Below, piece by piece: positions 9,886 to 19,544 of a DNA stretch of 64,000 nt. Every line of letters starts with the position of its first letter. The first letter of the stretch is position 1. The DNA is from a virus. Location: positions 64,001-128,000 of IMG/VR virus record IMGVR_UViG_3300035670_000018, one strand, 5' to 3'. The position numbers and the translations under genes are program-made. A model generated the notes under the pieces. It was not told where the DNA came from and did no database searches. It saw only the letters and a list, made by a program, of their open reading frames with translations.

Positions 9886-10565
9886 CAGTTAAGACAGTAA
9901 CCTATAGAGACATCCAAGCAGAAGTAAGAGAAGGCACCTCAGATGAATTTGTAGTTCATGAGGTGTTTTCTGGTGAGTACAATAAGCTACAGATAAAGCC
10001 TGATGATGTTGTAGTTGACTTTGGTTTGAACATCGGAATGTTCACAACATTTGCATTGAAAAAGGGTGCAGCACTTGTTCATGGATACGAACCTGATATT
10101 GACAATTATAATCTCGCATGTAAAAATGTGGCAATGAATATTCCAGATACAAGCAAGTATGTACTACACAACGAAGCTGTTGTAGGCAATGATGATAAGA
10201 CCCGCGACTTTTCTATTAATCTCAAGAAGAACAAAGGCGCACACTCACTTGTTGCAAAGCGAGGCAGAGATACGGTTACAGTCAATTGTACCAATATCAA
10301 CTATGTCTTTGAGACAGTTCAACCAACAATAGTCAAGATGGACATTGAAGGTGGTGAACTAGAGTGTTTGCCTGCAATCAATAATTGGTACAACATTCGT
10401 GAGTTTATTATGGAATTTCATCATGCACATTTGAATGATCTAAAGACACATGAGAAGTATAATGACACTCTTGATCTTCTTCGCAAGCAGTTCAACTTTG
10501 TGCAAGCCAGAGAAGACACAAAGGGTGCATGGGTAAACATTGTATATTGCAGGAATGATGTATGA
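9882..10565 (+). CDS. FkbM-family methyltransferase
   Basis: VVDFGLNIGMF, YEP, KMDIEGGE, MEFH. Confidence 0.85.
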   Translation: MTVKTVTYRDIQAEVREGTSDEFVVHEVFSGEYNKLQIKPDDVVVDFGLNIGMFTTFALKKGAALVHGYEPDIDNYNLACKNVAMNIPDTSKYVLHNEAVVGNDDKTRDFSINLKKNKGAHSLVAKRGRDTVTVNCTNINYVFETVQPTIVKMDIEGGELECLPAINNWYNIREFIMEFHHAHLNDLKTHEKYNDTLDLLRKQFNFVQAREDTKGAWVNIVYCRNDV

Positions 10566-11515
10566 CGAATCCAAAATGGCCAGTATATATTATATCAAAA
10601 GGTAGACATGAAAGCATGTTTACCTCACGCTCACTCGCGCGTATGAAGATACCACATTACATTGCTATTGAACCACAAGATGAAGAGAACTATGAAAATG
10701 CGCTGGATAACTTTAGCATTCGCGATTATGTTACCCTTCTTATTGCTCCTTTTTCTAACCACGGTGACGGTCCTGGTCGCGCAAGAAACTGGTGTTGGGA
10801 TCACTCAATCTCTATAGGTGCTGAGAAGCATTGGGTGTGTGATGATAATATTCAAGACTTCTACAGATTGAATCGCAATCAGCGTATTCGTGTAGAATCT
10901 GGAGTGATGTTCAAAGCGTGTGAAGACTTTGTGAACAGATTTGAGAATGTGCCAATCTCAGGGCTACAGTATCGTTTCTTCATTGCGCCGAATCAAAGCT
11001 ATTATCCTTTTGTGCTGAACACTCGTATCTATTCTACTCTGCTAATCTCAAACGATTGCAAGCATCGTTGGCGTGGCCGATACAATGAAGACACTGACAT
11101 TTGCCTTCGTGTATTGAAAGATGGCGATTGTACGATTCAGTTCAATAACTTTCTGCAAGGCAAAGCGGCAACGCAAACAGTCAAGGGTGGTAATACGGCC
11201 GAGTTCTATCATGCAGAAGGTGATCTTGACAAGAGCAAGTGGCGTGATGGTCATTTGAATGCAACGGGCACAATTAACAAATCCCAGATGCTGGTAGACA
11301 TGCACCCAGATGTGGCTCGAATCGCATGGAAATATGGACGCTGGCACCATTATGTGAATTATGAGCCTTTTCAGAATCTCAATCATCCGTTGAGAAGACA
11401 GCTTGGTTTAGGACCAGAGGATAATAAGCTGAGATTAAAACCAGGGGTTGATTTGAAGAGTTTCCCTAAGGTCAACAATTATGGGATGATTCTGCGAAAG
11501 ATATCAAAGACTTAG
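10562..11515 (+). CDS. TET/JBP-associated (GREB1-like) DNA base glycosyltransferase
   Basis: PVYIISKGR, ARNWCWDHS, DDNI, WRGRYNEDTD, KGGNT motifs. Confidence 0.75.
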   Translation: MTNPKWPVYIISKGRHESMFTSRSLARMKIPHYIAIEPQDEENYENALDNFSIRDYVTLLIAPFSNHGDGPGRARNWCWDHSISIGAEKHWVCDDNIQDFYRLNRNQRIRVESGVMFKACEDFVNRFENVPISGLQYRFFIAPNQSYYPFVLNTRIYSTLLISNDCKHRWRGRYNEDTDICLRVLKDGDCTIQFNNFLQGKAATQTVKGGNTAEFYHAEGDLDKSKWRDGHLNATGTINKSQMLVDMHPDVARIAWKYGRWHHYVNYEPFQNLNHPLRRQLGLGPEDNKLRLKPGVDLKSFPKVNNYGMILRKISKT

Positions 11516-11523
11516 CCGAACCT

Positions 11524-11544
11524 AATAAAATCAATGACTTAGCC
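11524..11544 (+). repeat. dispersed repeat AAATCAATGACTTAGCC
   Basis: Also at 48562-48578 and 48586-48602; degenerate copy at 11501-11517. Confidence 0.8.
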
Positions 11545-11551
11545 AACCAGC

Positions 11552-11620
11552 TATGCGTCCAGCGTATGGCTGGTATGCATTTGGGATACTTGTAAATCCG
11601 ACTTGCAATACCCATATATA
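11552..11620 (+). promoter_or_regulatory. TATGC triple-box operator plus CTTG..CCATAT promoter
   Basis: Same 28-bp motif and spacing at 48603, 48899 and 51933. Confidence 0.7.
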
Positions 11621-11642
11621 GTATATGACAACGGAGACCTGT

Positions 11643-11906
11643 ATGACCATCACTCTCAATCTGAACTCTGAGCAAGCAGCCATGCTTTCTCATGCCATTG
11701 TTGAGTTTCAAGATTCTTTCCACCGTCTTTCTCATGAAGATCATATGATCATTGAAAAAGACGTTTCCGATCTTGAGAAGCTTGTAATGCAGATTCTCGC
11801 TCAAACTAAAGTTGAACCCAATGTTCCTGTCATGCCCTCTGCTTTTGATTCAGATGAATTGATTGCAGAATGGAACGAGTGCTTTCATGAAGATCGAATC
11901 GGTTGA
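11643..11906 (+). CDS. hypothetical early protein
   Basis: GGAG SD before ATG 11643. Confidence 0.6.
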   Translation: MTITLNLNSEQAAMLSHAIVEFQDSFHRLSHEDHMIIEKDVSDLEKLVMQILAQTKVEPNVPVMPSAFDSDELIAEWNECFHEDRIG

Positions 11907-11931
11907 CATGCATCACATTTCAGTCTATGAT
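11903..11931 (+). promoter_or_regulatory. sigma70-type promoter
   Basis: TTGACA-17-TATGAT. Confidence 0.75.
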
Positions 11932-11954
11932 ATGTCCATAATCAAGAGGACACT

Positions 11955-14186
11955 ATGGAAGTAGTACACAATCACAATGCTAAGTCCCAGCTAGCCAAGT
12001 TGCTGGCTACGGAAAACATTACGGTACAGCACTCGGCCGCCGCACAAACTGCTATGTTTGATGTGGTTAAGCGTGTTCTGATTCTCCCTGTCTGGCGCGA
12101 AATGTCCAATGACCTGTATGACATGCTGGTTGTTCACGAGGTTGGTCATGCTCTTGACACACCCTCTGACGGCTGGCTTGACGCATTGTCTGACATTGCA
12201 AAGCGAGTCACTGGTGCGGCTTCCAATCGTGCTATGGGTGCAGTCAAGGGCTTTCTAAACGTCATTGAAGACGCCCGCATTGACAAGCGCCAGAAGCGCC
12301 GTTTCCCTGGCTCTCGCCGCAACTATGTCAAGGGCTATGCTGAACTCATTGAACGTGACTTCTTTGGCACCAAGTCCAAGGACGTTAACTCTATGGCTTT
12401 CATTGACCGCTTGAATATCTACTTCAAGGGCGGTGCAATGTCTGGTATCAAGTTCTCGGCCGAAGAAAAGGCTATGGTTGCTAAGGTTGAAGCGGCTGAG
12501 ACTTTTGATGAGGTGCTTGCACTCACCGAGGAAATCTTCGGTTGGTCTAAGTCTAAGCAGGAACAGGACGAGCCTGAAACTGACTCGGACGATATTAGTG
12601 CTAAGGGTGGAATGTCCGACGAGGACGACTATGACTTTTCCGACGAGTCTGATGAGGAAGATTTCGGCGATGATGATGAGGAAGAAAACTATACCTCTGG
12701 TCGCGGCGATGACGACTCTGATGATGAGGACGAGGATGAAGACGGTGAGTCTGACTCGGACTATGATGCCGAAGCTAATGACGGCGTTCTCAAGCGCGAC
12801 TCTGATGATCCGATAAACGTCGGTGCAAAGTCTGATGATGACATTCCCGAGTCTGAAACTGAAAAGGCTTGGCAAAAGAATCAGGAAGACTTGGTAATCA
12901 AGTCGGACGAGGAATATGTCTATGTGAAGATCCCTCGCCCTGTCAAGTATGAACAGGTTGTAAATGATTACAAGATTGTTCTGGCGGATCAGCGCAAGTG
13001 TATTGCTGGCTTCTGGAACCAGGATTGGCTCAAGGCTGTTCGGACTGAACTCCAGAAGTTCAAGGCTGATGAAAACGCATCAATCTCTTTCATGGTTAAG
13101 GAGTTTGAAATGCGGAAGTCGGCTGATGAATACAGCCGTACCAGCATCTCTAAGACTGGCGTGATTGACACAAACAAGCTTCATTCATACAAGTATAATG
13201 ATGACCTGTTCCGTCGGATCACCACTGTTGCTTCTGGCAAGAACCACGGCTTTGTCATGTTTGTTGACTGGTCTGGCTCTATGGACATTCATCTTAAGAA
13301 GACTGTAAAGCAGCTTCTTTCGCTGACCATGTTCTGTAAGCGGGTTCAGATTCCGTTTGAGGTCTACTCGTTCCGTAGTGTCACTGGCTTTGATGTTGAT
13401 TCTGGTCGTATTAGTGGCAATCTTTTCACTACCAACCAGAATGAACTGTTCTTTGACAACTTCGTGGCCCGTAATCTGCTTTCATCGCGGATGAATGTTG
13501 CTGAATTCAATGATGCAATGTTCCATCTTTATGTGATGGCTTGCGGCGGTCATATTCGGAGCGATAGTCTCCAGTCCACTCCTCTTAACGAGTGTATTGG
13601 TGTGGCTGACATGATTGTCAATCGGTTCAAGGCTAAGTCTCAGGTTCAGATTGTTAACACAATCTTCCTGACTGACGGCGACTCTGATCCGATCCATGCT
13701 GTTAACGGTCTTATGTCTTCCTGGAAGTCCCGCAAGTATATTCTGCAGGATGAGATTACCAAGAAGACCTACGATATCCGTGCTAACAAGGACTCTTATC
13801 GGTATCGTGATCCTTACTCTGATAAGGAGATGACCAATCTCCTGCTCCGTGTTCTCAAGGATCGGACTGGCTGCAATCTGATCGGCTTCTATATCACCTC
13901 TTATGGCTTTAATTCAGCATATGACCGTGTGAACGGTCAGTCTGGCGAAGCGCAAAAGAAGGCTTCGGCCGATTGGCGTGATAATGGCTTCTTCGGTGTG
14001 TCAACTGCTGGTTATGATGAATACTATATTATCAACCAGAAGACGTTTGATGTATCGTCTGGAAATCTTAAGATTGATTCCAAAATGACCAAGAACAAGA
14101 TGGCCAAGGAATTCATCAAGTTTTCGGAAAAGAAAGCTGTGTCCCGCGTCTTACTCTCTCGGTTTGTCAAGCGAATTGCCGCTTGA
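11955..14186 (+). CDS. CobT-like protein (HExxH domain, acidic linker, vWA domain)
   Basis: HEVGHAL, NVIEDARI, D/E-rich linker, DWSGSM MIDAS, LTDG. Confidence 0.85.
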   Translation: MEVVHNHNAKSQLAKLLATENITVQHSAAAQTAMFDVVKRVLILPVWREMSNDLYDMLVVHEVGHALDTPSDGWLDALSDIAKRVTGAASNRAMGAVKGFLNVIEDARIDKRQKRRFPGSRRNYVKGYAELIERDFFGTKSKDVNSMAFIDRLNIYFKGGAMSGIKFSAEEKAMVAKVEAAETFDEVLALTEEIFGWSKSKQEQDEPETDSDDISAKGGMSDEDDYDFSDESDEEDFGDDDEEENYTSGRGDDDSDDEDEDEDGESDSDYDAEANDGVLKRDSDDPINVGAKSDDDIPESETEKAWQKNQEDLVIKSDEEYVYVKIPRPVKYEQVVNDYKIVLADQRKCIAGFWNQDWLKAVRTELQKFKADENASISFMVKEFEMRKSADEYSRTSISKTGVIDTNKLHSYKYNDDLFRRITTVASGKNHGFVMFVDWSGSMDIHLKKTVKQLLSLTMFCKRVQIPFEVYSFRSVTGFDVDSGRISGNLFTTNQNELFFDNFVARNLLSSRMNVAEFNDAMFHLYVMACGGHIRSDSLQSTPLNECIGVADMIVNRFKAKSQVQIVNTIFLTDGDSDPIHAVNGLMSSWKSRKYILQDEITKKTYDIRANKDSYRYRDPYSDKEMTNLLLRVLKDRTGCNLIGFYITSYGFNSAYDRVNGQSGEAQKKASADWRDNGFFGVSTAGYDEYYIINQKTFDVSSGNLKIDSKMTKNKMAKEFIKFSEKKAVSRVLLSRFVKRIAA

Positions 14187-14211
14187 CAACCACCTCTTCC
14201 TAGACTATAAT
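14183..14211 (+). promoter_or_regulatory. sigma70-type promoter
   Basis: TTGACA-17-TATAAT, perfect consensus. Confidence 0.85.
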
Positions 14212-14249
14212 ATACACATAATCCAAAACACACACAAAGGAAAGTTCTA

Positions 14250-15488
14250 ATGGCTAAGTCCGTTGATAAGAGTGCCTTTTTTGCCGCTGTCAAGGCTGAG
14301 TATGGTGATATCAAGACCATCACTCGCCAGCAGCTGGTTCATCTTTACGAGAATTGCAATGTTTCCTATCCGACGTGGCTTGTCAAGGACGATTCGCGGC
14401 GTATCGGTCGTGGTGTTTACTCTCTTGATGACTCTGGTATTAATGTCCAGACTGTGGCTAAGGCTGCTTGGATTGTGAAGCGGGCTAAGAATGTTATTGC
14501 AGCTTCCGACATTGCTTCGGAAGTTCCTGTTGCTCCGAATACTGCTATCTCGGTGGCTAACCAGTCCGATCTGAGCATGGCTGCTCTCCATGCTTCAGAA
14601 GCTATTACTCTGGTGCCTTCCAAGGCTAAGGGTTACGTTCCCTTCGGCCACTTTGCCGATGTTCGCATGATCATCAAGTCTGGTAAGTTCTATCCGACTT
14701 ATGTGACTGGTCTGTCTGGCAACGGTAAGACCATGATGATTGAACAGATTTGCGCCCAGGAAGGTCGTGAACTGGTTCGCGCCAACATTACCAAGGAAAC
14801 GGACGAGGATGATCTGATCGGTGGCTTTCGTCTCATTGACGGTAAGACTGTCTGGCAGAACGGCCCTGTTATCGTGGCTATGGAACGTGGTGCGATTCTG
14901 CTTCTGGACGAGGTTGATCTTGGTGACGCCAAGCTTATGTGTCTCCAGCCTGTGCTTGAAGGCAAGCCGATCTATCTCAAGAAGATCAATCGGGTTGTGA
15001 CGCCTGCCGCTGGCTTCAACATTCTAGCCACTGCGAACACCAAGGGTAAGGGTTCGGACGATGGTCGCTTCATCGGTACCAATGTCATGAATGAAGCCTT
15101 CCTTGAAAGGTTCAGCATCACCTTTGAGCAGGAATATCCGCCGCTCAAGACCGAAGCCAAGATCCTTAACAATGTGCTTCAGGCATCTGGCATTGAAGAC
15201 AAGGACTTTGCCGACAAGCTTGTCAACTGGGCTGACATGATCCGCAAGGCGTTCTATGATGGTGCGGTTTCCGATATCATCTCGACCCGTCGACTCGTCC
15301 ACATTTGCGAAGCGTTCGCAATCTTCGGCCGTGACCGTGAGAAGGCAATCAAGCTTTGTCTGAACCGCTTTGATGTTGATACCAAGAACGGCTTCATGGA
15401 TCTCTACCTGAAGCTGGACGAGACTGTCAATCCTCAGCCGGTTAAGACCGAAGAAGCTGCGGTTTCCGATGCTGAGATTGCTTTTTAG
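14250..15488 (+). CDS. cobS: CobS-like MoxR AAA+ ATPase
   Basis: GLSGNGKT, LLLDEVD, ATANTKGKG, NEAFLERF. Confidence 0.9.
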   Translation: MAKSVDKSAFFAAVKAEYGDIKTITRQQLVHLYENCNVSYPTWLVKDDSRRIGRGVYSLDDSGINVQTVAKAAWIVKRAKNVIAASDIASEVPVAPNTAISVANQSDLSMAALHASEAITLVPSKAKGYVPFGHFADVRMIIKSGKFYPTYVTGLSGNGKTMMIEQICAQEGRELVRANITKETDEDDLIGGFRLIDGKTVWQNGPVIVAMERGAILLLDEVDLGDAKLMCLQPVLEGKPIYLKKINRVVTPAAGFNILATANTKGKGSDDGRFIGTNVMNEAFLERFSITFEQEYPPLKTEAKILNNVLQASGIEDKDFADKLVNWADMIRKAFYDGAVSDIISTRRLVHICEAFAIFGRDREKAIKLCLNRFDVDTKNGFMDLYLKLDETVNPQPVKTEEAAVSDAEIAF

Positions 15489-15517
15489 TTGACAGAGGGA
15501 CTATGTCCCTCTATAAT
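15489..15517 (+). promoter_or_regulatory. sigma70-type promoter with palindromic spacer
   Basis: TTGACA-17-TATAAT; AGAGGGAC-TAT-GTCCCTCT. Confidence 0.8.
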
Positions 15518-15594
15518 AATGGGATGGTGGTAAGAGTCACACACCGTCCCATTATCTTTGTTTGAATGTGACTCGTTTATTATGGAGTGTTTGA

Positions 15595-15807
15595 ATGTCT
15601 CAGTTGTCTAAGGTTGCTAAGGTTCTCCGTCAGAATAACAAGGGTGCAGGTATCACTGTTGCTCAGGTTGCTCGTCTGACTGGAATGCCTAAGGCAAGCG
15701 TCTCTAAGCGTGTGTATGATCTACGCACTCTTGAAGGCAAGACCATTTACAGCAACTACCGTACTGTGAATGGCAAGCGCAAGATGTTTTATCGTTTTGC
15801 TGCCTAA
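15595..15807 (+). CDS. small winged helix-turn-helix DNA-binding protein
   Basis: ITVAQVARLTGMPKASVSKRVYDLR. Confidence 0.75.
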   Translation: MSQLSKVAKVLRQNNKGAGITVAQVARLTGMPKASVSKRVYDLRTLEGKTIYSNYRTVNGKRKMFYRFAA

Positions 15808-15824
15808 CTTTTACTAACATCGCT

Positions 15825-15863
15825 AAAAGGGATGCTATATAGTTCTGTAGCGTCCCTTTTTTT
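15825..15863 (+). terminator. intrinsic terminator
   Basis: AAAAGGGATGCTAT/GTAGCGTCCCTTTT followed by T run. Confidence 0.85.
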
Positions 15864-15879
15864 ATCATGGAGTTTAATT

Positions 15880-16773
15880 ATGCAATTACAAGTAAAAGTG
15901 GAAGATTTGAGAAAGTGCAAACTGTTCGTTGCTACACCTATGTATGGTGGTCAATGTCACGGTATGTATTCCAAAGCAAGTCTTGATTTGCAAGGACTGT
16001 GTATGCAGTATGGCATTGATGTCCGATTCTCATTTCTATTCAACGAATCTCTAATCACTCGCGCACGAAACTATCTTGTTGATGAGTTCTTGCGCTCAGA
16101 TTTTACCCATCTGCTATTCATCGACTCTGATATCTGTTTTGATCCACAAGATGTTTTAGCCCTCATTGCACTGGATAAGGATGTAATTGGTGCACCATAT
16201 CCAAAGAAGTCTATCAACTGGCGTAACATTGCTCTTGCTCTTACAAAGAATCCTGCCATGAATGCTGGTGATCTTGATGCATTAACAGGCGATTATGTCT
16301 TCAATCCAGTTCCTGGTACAAAGTCATTTCGTGTTACAGAACCTCTTGAGGTAATGGAAATTGGTACAGGCTACATGATGGTCAAGCGTCATGTGTTTGA
16401 TAAGTTTAAGGAAGCTTATCCTAATCTTACATACAAGCCTGATCATGTGGGTCAAGCACACTTTGATGGCTCACGATACATTCATGCATACTTTGATACA
16501 GTGATTGATCGTGGTGAACCCTTTGATAAGGTCCATGAAATGATGGAAGCTGCTGCAAAGGGCGAGAATGTACAAGAGTTGGCTAAGGAACTCCTTGATA
16601 AGGAAACAAATTCTTCTCACCGATATCTGTCAGAAGATTATATGTTCTGTCAGTATTGGAGAAAGATTGGTGGTTCAATCTGGCTATGTCCTTGGATGAG
16701 AACTACACATATGGGTACATATGCCTTCAACGGTAATATGCCCAAAATAGCCGAGTTGACAGGAAATCTCTAA
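15880..16773 (+). CDS. GT-A fold glycosyltransferase-like protein
   Basis: ATPMYGG, ESLITRARN, FIDSDI, LSEDYMFC. Confidence 0.7.
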   Translation: MQLQVKVEDLRKCKLFVATPMYGGQCHGMYSKASLDLQGLCMQYGIDVRFSFLFNESLITRARNYLVDEFLRSDFTHLLFIDSDICFDPQDVLALIALDKDVIGAPYPKKSINWRNIALALTKNPAMNAGDLDALTGDYVFNPVPGTKSFRVTEPLEVMEIGTGYMMVKRHVFDKFKEAYPNLTYKPDHVGQAHFDGSRYIHAYFDTVIDRGEPFDKVHEMMEAAAKGENVQELAKELLDKETNSSHRYLSEDYMFCQYWRKIGGSIWLCPWMRTTHMGTYAFNGNMPKIAELTGNL

Positions 16774-17429
16774 TGATCATTGGTGTAGTTGGTTTTATTG
16801 GATCTGGCAAGGGAACGATTGCTGATATCCTTGTACAGAAACATAACTTCACAAAACTGTCCTTTGCAGACTCGCTAAAAGACGCTACAGCGGCCATCTT
16901 CGGATGGCCGCGGCATCTTCTAGAGGGCGAGACTGCTGAAAGTCGTGCATGGCGTGAAGAAAAGGATGAGTGGTGGTCTGAGAAGACTGGCAAGCATATT
17001 ACTCCACGAAACATGCTCCAGATGATGGGTACAGAAGTCGGTCGTGACATGCTTGATCCAAACATCTGGATATATTCACTTGAGCGAAAGATGGATCTTT
17101 ATCCGAATGTAGTCATCGCTGACGTTCGCTTTCCAAATGAAATCAAGTTCATTCAAGACAAGGGCGGATTTGTTATTCGTGTGAAGCGCGGTGCTGACCC
17201 TGAGTGGTATGATACTGCACTTTCTGATAACAAGAATGGATTTGAATCAGAAGTATCGCAGATGTCCATTTATTATCCAGAAGTTCACTACTCAGAGTGG
17301 GCATGGATCGGACAGAATTTTGACTACCAATTGGACAACATAGGTCCACTTTCCATGCTGGACGGTGATGTACAACATATGATTCGTGTCTTTACAGGCC
17401 CGCAAAAGCCTGCTACAATAGCTGCCTAA
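16773..17429 (+). CDS. gp1: deoxynucleoside monophosphate kinase
   Basis: GFIGSGKGT, FADSLKD, DVRFPNE. Confidence 0.9.
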   Translation: MIIGVVGFIGSGKGTIADILVQKHNFTKLSFADSLKDATAAIFGWPRHLLEGETAESRAWREEKDEWWSEKTGKHITPRNMLQMMGTEVGRDMLDPNIWIYSLERKMDLYPNVVIADVRFPNEIKFIQDKGGFVIRVKRGADPEWYDTALSDNKNGFESEVSQMSIYYPEVHYSEWAWIGQNFDYQLDNIGPLSMLDGDVQHMIRVFTGPQKPATIAA

Positions 17430-17454
17430 ACTGAAATAACTTGGAGATTATATT

Positions 17455-18120
17455 ATGAAGTTGAGTGAAAATACCCTGAGTGTTCTGAAGAACTTTTCCG
17501 CAATCAATTCTGGGCTTGTGCTTCAGAAGGGAAAGACTCAGAAGACTATTTCCCCTGAGAAGTCCATTCTTGTTGAGGTAGAACTTGATGATTCTCTGCC
17601 TGAACAGTTTGGCATCTACGATCTAAATCAGTTCCTTGGTAATATCAGCACATTGAATAGCCCAGAACTCACGTTCTCGGACAGTGCTGTTATCATGAAT
17701 GATGGTGAGATTAGCTTTAACTATTACTCATGTTCTACCAATCTAATCGTATCACCGCCTGACAAGGAACTCAAGCTGAAGCAGACGGATGTTAGCTTTA
17801 CTCTAACGAATGCTGTTCTGACAAAGCTTCTTCGTCTTGCGTCTATGAACAATCTTACTCATCTGTCCGTTGTTGGTCAGAACGGTGAGATTCGTTTGCA
17901 GACACATGAGAAGGCTAATGACACTTCCAATCATGCGTCATTCAAGTTGAACGATTACAATGGTGAAGACTTTACCGCATCGTTCAAGGTTGATAACATC
18001 AAGTTGATCCCAGGAGACTATGATGTTGAAATTCAGCTTGGTGCATTTGCAAAGTTCACTGCATCGGCTGGCTCATTCAAGGACAAGATCAAGTATTTCA
18101 TCGCCCTGGAGAGCAAGTAA
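17455..18120 (+). CDS. gp45: sliding clamp gp45
   Basis: MKLSENTLSVLKNFSAIN, FGIYDLNQFL, YFIALE. Confidence 0.95.
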   Translation: MKLSENTLSVLKNFSAINSGLVLQKGKTQKTISPEKSILVEVELDDSLPEQFGIYDLNQFLGNISTLNSPELTFSDSAVIMNDGEISFNYYSCSTNLIVSPPDKELKLKQTDVSFTLTNAVLTKLLRLASMNNLTHLSVVGQNGEIRLQTHEKANDTSNHASFKLNDYNGEDFTASFKVDNIKLIPGDYDVEIQLGAFAKFTASAGSFKDKIKYFIALESK

Positions 18121-18404
18121 TGGCTGGTATCGGACACAATCAAAACTTCGTTAGCATTAACTCCCTTTCTGACACTCAGAAGAAGGAACTCAAGGAAGCT
18201 ATTGTTCAGTTGAATGATAGCCTTACGCGCGTAGCTTCTGAGCGTGACTATCAGAAGGACTCTATCAATGCAATCTCTGACAAGACTGGTGTTGATAAGA
18301 AGATTATTCGTCGCATGGCTAAGGTATACTTCCGTGCAAACTACACTCAGGAACAGGAAGAGAATCGTCAGTTTGAAGACTTCTACGATGGTGTCATGAA
18401 GTGA
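18120..18404 (+). CDS. DsbA/GapR-like dsDNA-binding protein
   Basis: GIGHN N-terminus; GVDKKIIRRMAKVY helix pattern. Confidence 0.55.
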   Translation: MAGIGHNQNFVSINSLSDTQKKELKEAIVQLNDSLTRVASERDYQKDSINAISDKTGVDKKIIRRMAKVYFRANYTQEQEENRQFEDFYDGVMK

Positions 18405-18658
18405 CAAAGAAGGACAAACAGGATATTATCCAACGTATGGAAGAACTCATGAGGCCTATTGACAGGCAGATCATGATGTGTGATAATGTTGAAGACATAC
18501 TAATGTTAGCTTCCAATATGCTGATTACCGCCAAGAGTATCTACGTACAGAACCTTGTCGGTGCTGGCGCTAAAGAACTTCTTCAAAGAATGGTAGATGA
18601 AATTTATGACCGAATCCTTCCTCTGGACAGAAAAGTTCCGCCCGAAGACAATAAGTGA
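18401..18658 (+). CDS. hypothetical protein
   Basis: Coupled ORF. Confidence 0.5.
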   Translation: MTKKDKQDIIQRMEELMRPIDRQIMMCDNVEDILMLASNMLITAKSIYVQNLVGAGAKELLQRMVDEIYDRILPLDRKVPPEDNK

Positions 18659-19544
18659 TTGTATTCTTCCTGATCGGCTGAAGAAGCCATTTCAAGAATA
18701 TGTAAACAACAAAGAGATTCCAAATCTCATGCTGACTGGTACAGCAGGTGTTGGTAAGACAACTGTTGCACGGGCCATGTGTGATGAGATTGGTATCAAC
18801 CACTTGTACATCAACGCCTCAGAAAATCGTGGTATTGATGTACTGAGAACGACAATTCGTAACTATGCTTCAACCGTGTCTTTGACTGGTGGCAAAAAGG
18901 TCATCATTCTAGACGAAGCAGACTATATGACTCCAGATGCACAAGCAGCCATGCGTGGTGCAATTGAAGAGTTTGCTGCAAATTGTACTTTCATCTTCAC
19001 TTGTAACTTTAAGTCTAAGTTGATTGAAGCCATTCATTCACGATGTTCAGTGATTGACTTTGCCCTTCGCAATGATGAGAAGGCAAAGATGGCTTCACAG
19101 TTGATGAAGCGTATGGAATACATTCTCACACAAGAGAATGTGACATACAACAAAACGGTTCTAGCTAAGATCATTGAAAAGTATTTTCCTGACTATCGCC
19201 GTACTCTCAATGAGTTACAGCGTTACAGTTCTTCTGGTTCTCTTGATGCCGGCATTGTTGCCCAGCTTTCAGATGTAAGAAAGATAGGTGATCTTGTCAA
19301 GCATCTAAAGGACAAGAACTTCAGTGAAATGCGGAAGTGGTGTGTAGCAAACTCTGACATTGAGCCTGCACGAATCTACCGCAAGATTTACGATGGTCTG
19401 TATGAGTATATGAAGCCACACAGCATTCCGCAAGCTGTTGTGACTATCGGTAAGTATCAGTATCAGTCTGCATTTGTTGCGGATCAAGAGATAAATTTGG
19501 TTGCATGTCTGACCGAACTTATGGTAGAATGTGAGTATAATTGA
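18606..19544 (+). CDS. gp44: clamp loader large subunit gp44
   Basis: LWTEKFRP, GTAGVGKTT, DEAD, SRC. Confidence 0.95.
   Translation: MTESFLWTEKFRPKTISDCILPDRLKKPFQEYVNNKEIPNLMLTGTAGVGKTTVARAMCDEIGINHLYINASENRGIDVLRTTIRNYASTVSLTGGKKVIILDEADYMTPDAQAAMRGAIEEFAANCTFIFTCNFKSKLIEAIHSRCSVIDFALRNDEKAKMASQLMKRMEYILTQENVTYNKTVLAKIIEKYFPDYRRTLNELQRYSSSGSLDAGIVAQLSDVRKIGDLVKHLKDKNFSEMRKWCVANSDIEPARIYRKIYDGLYEYMKPHSIPQAVVTIGKYQYQSAFVADQEINLVACLTELMVECEYN

Noticed and set aside
12560-12860. GAT/GAC/GAG-rich repetitive DNA
   Set aside because: It encodes the acidic linker of the CobT-like protein and is not a DNA repeat element.
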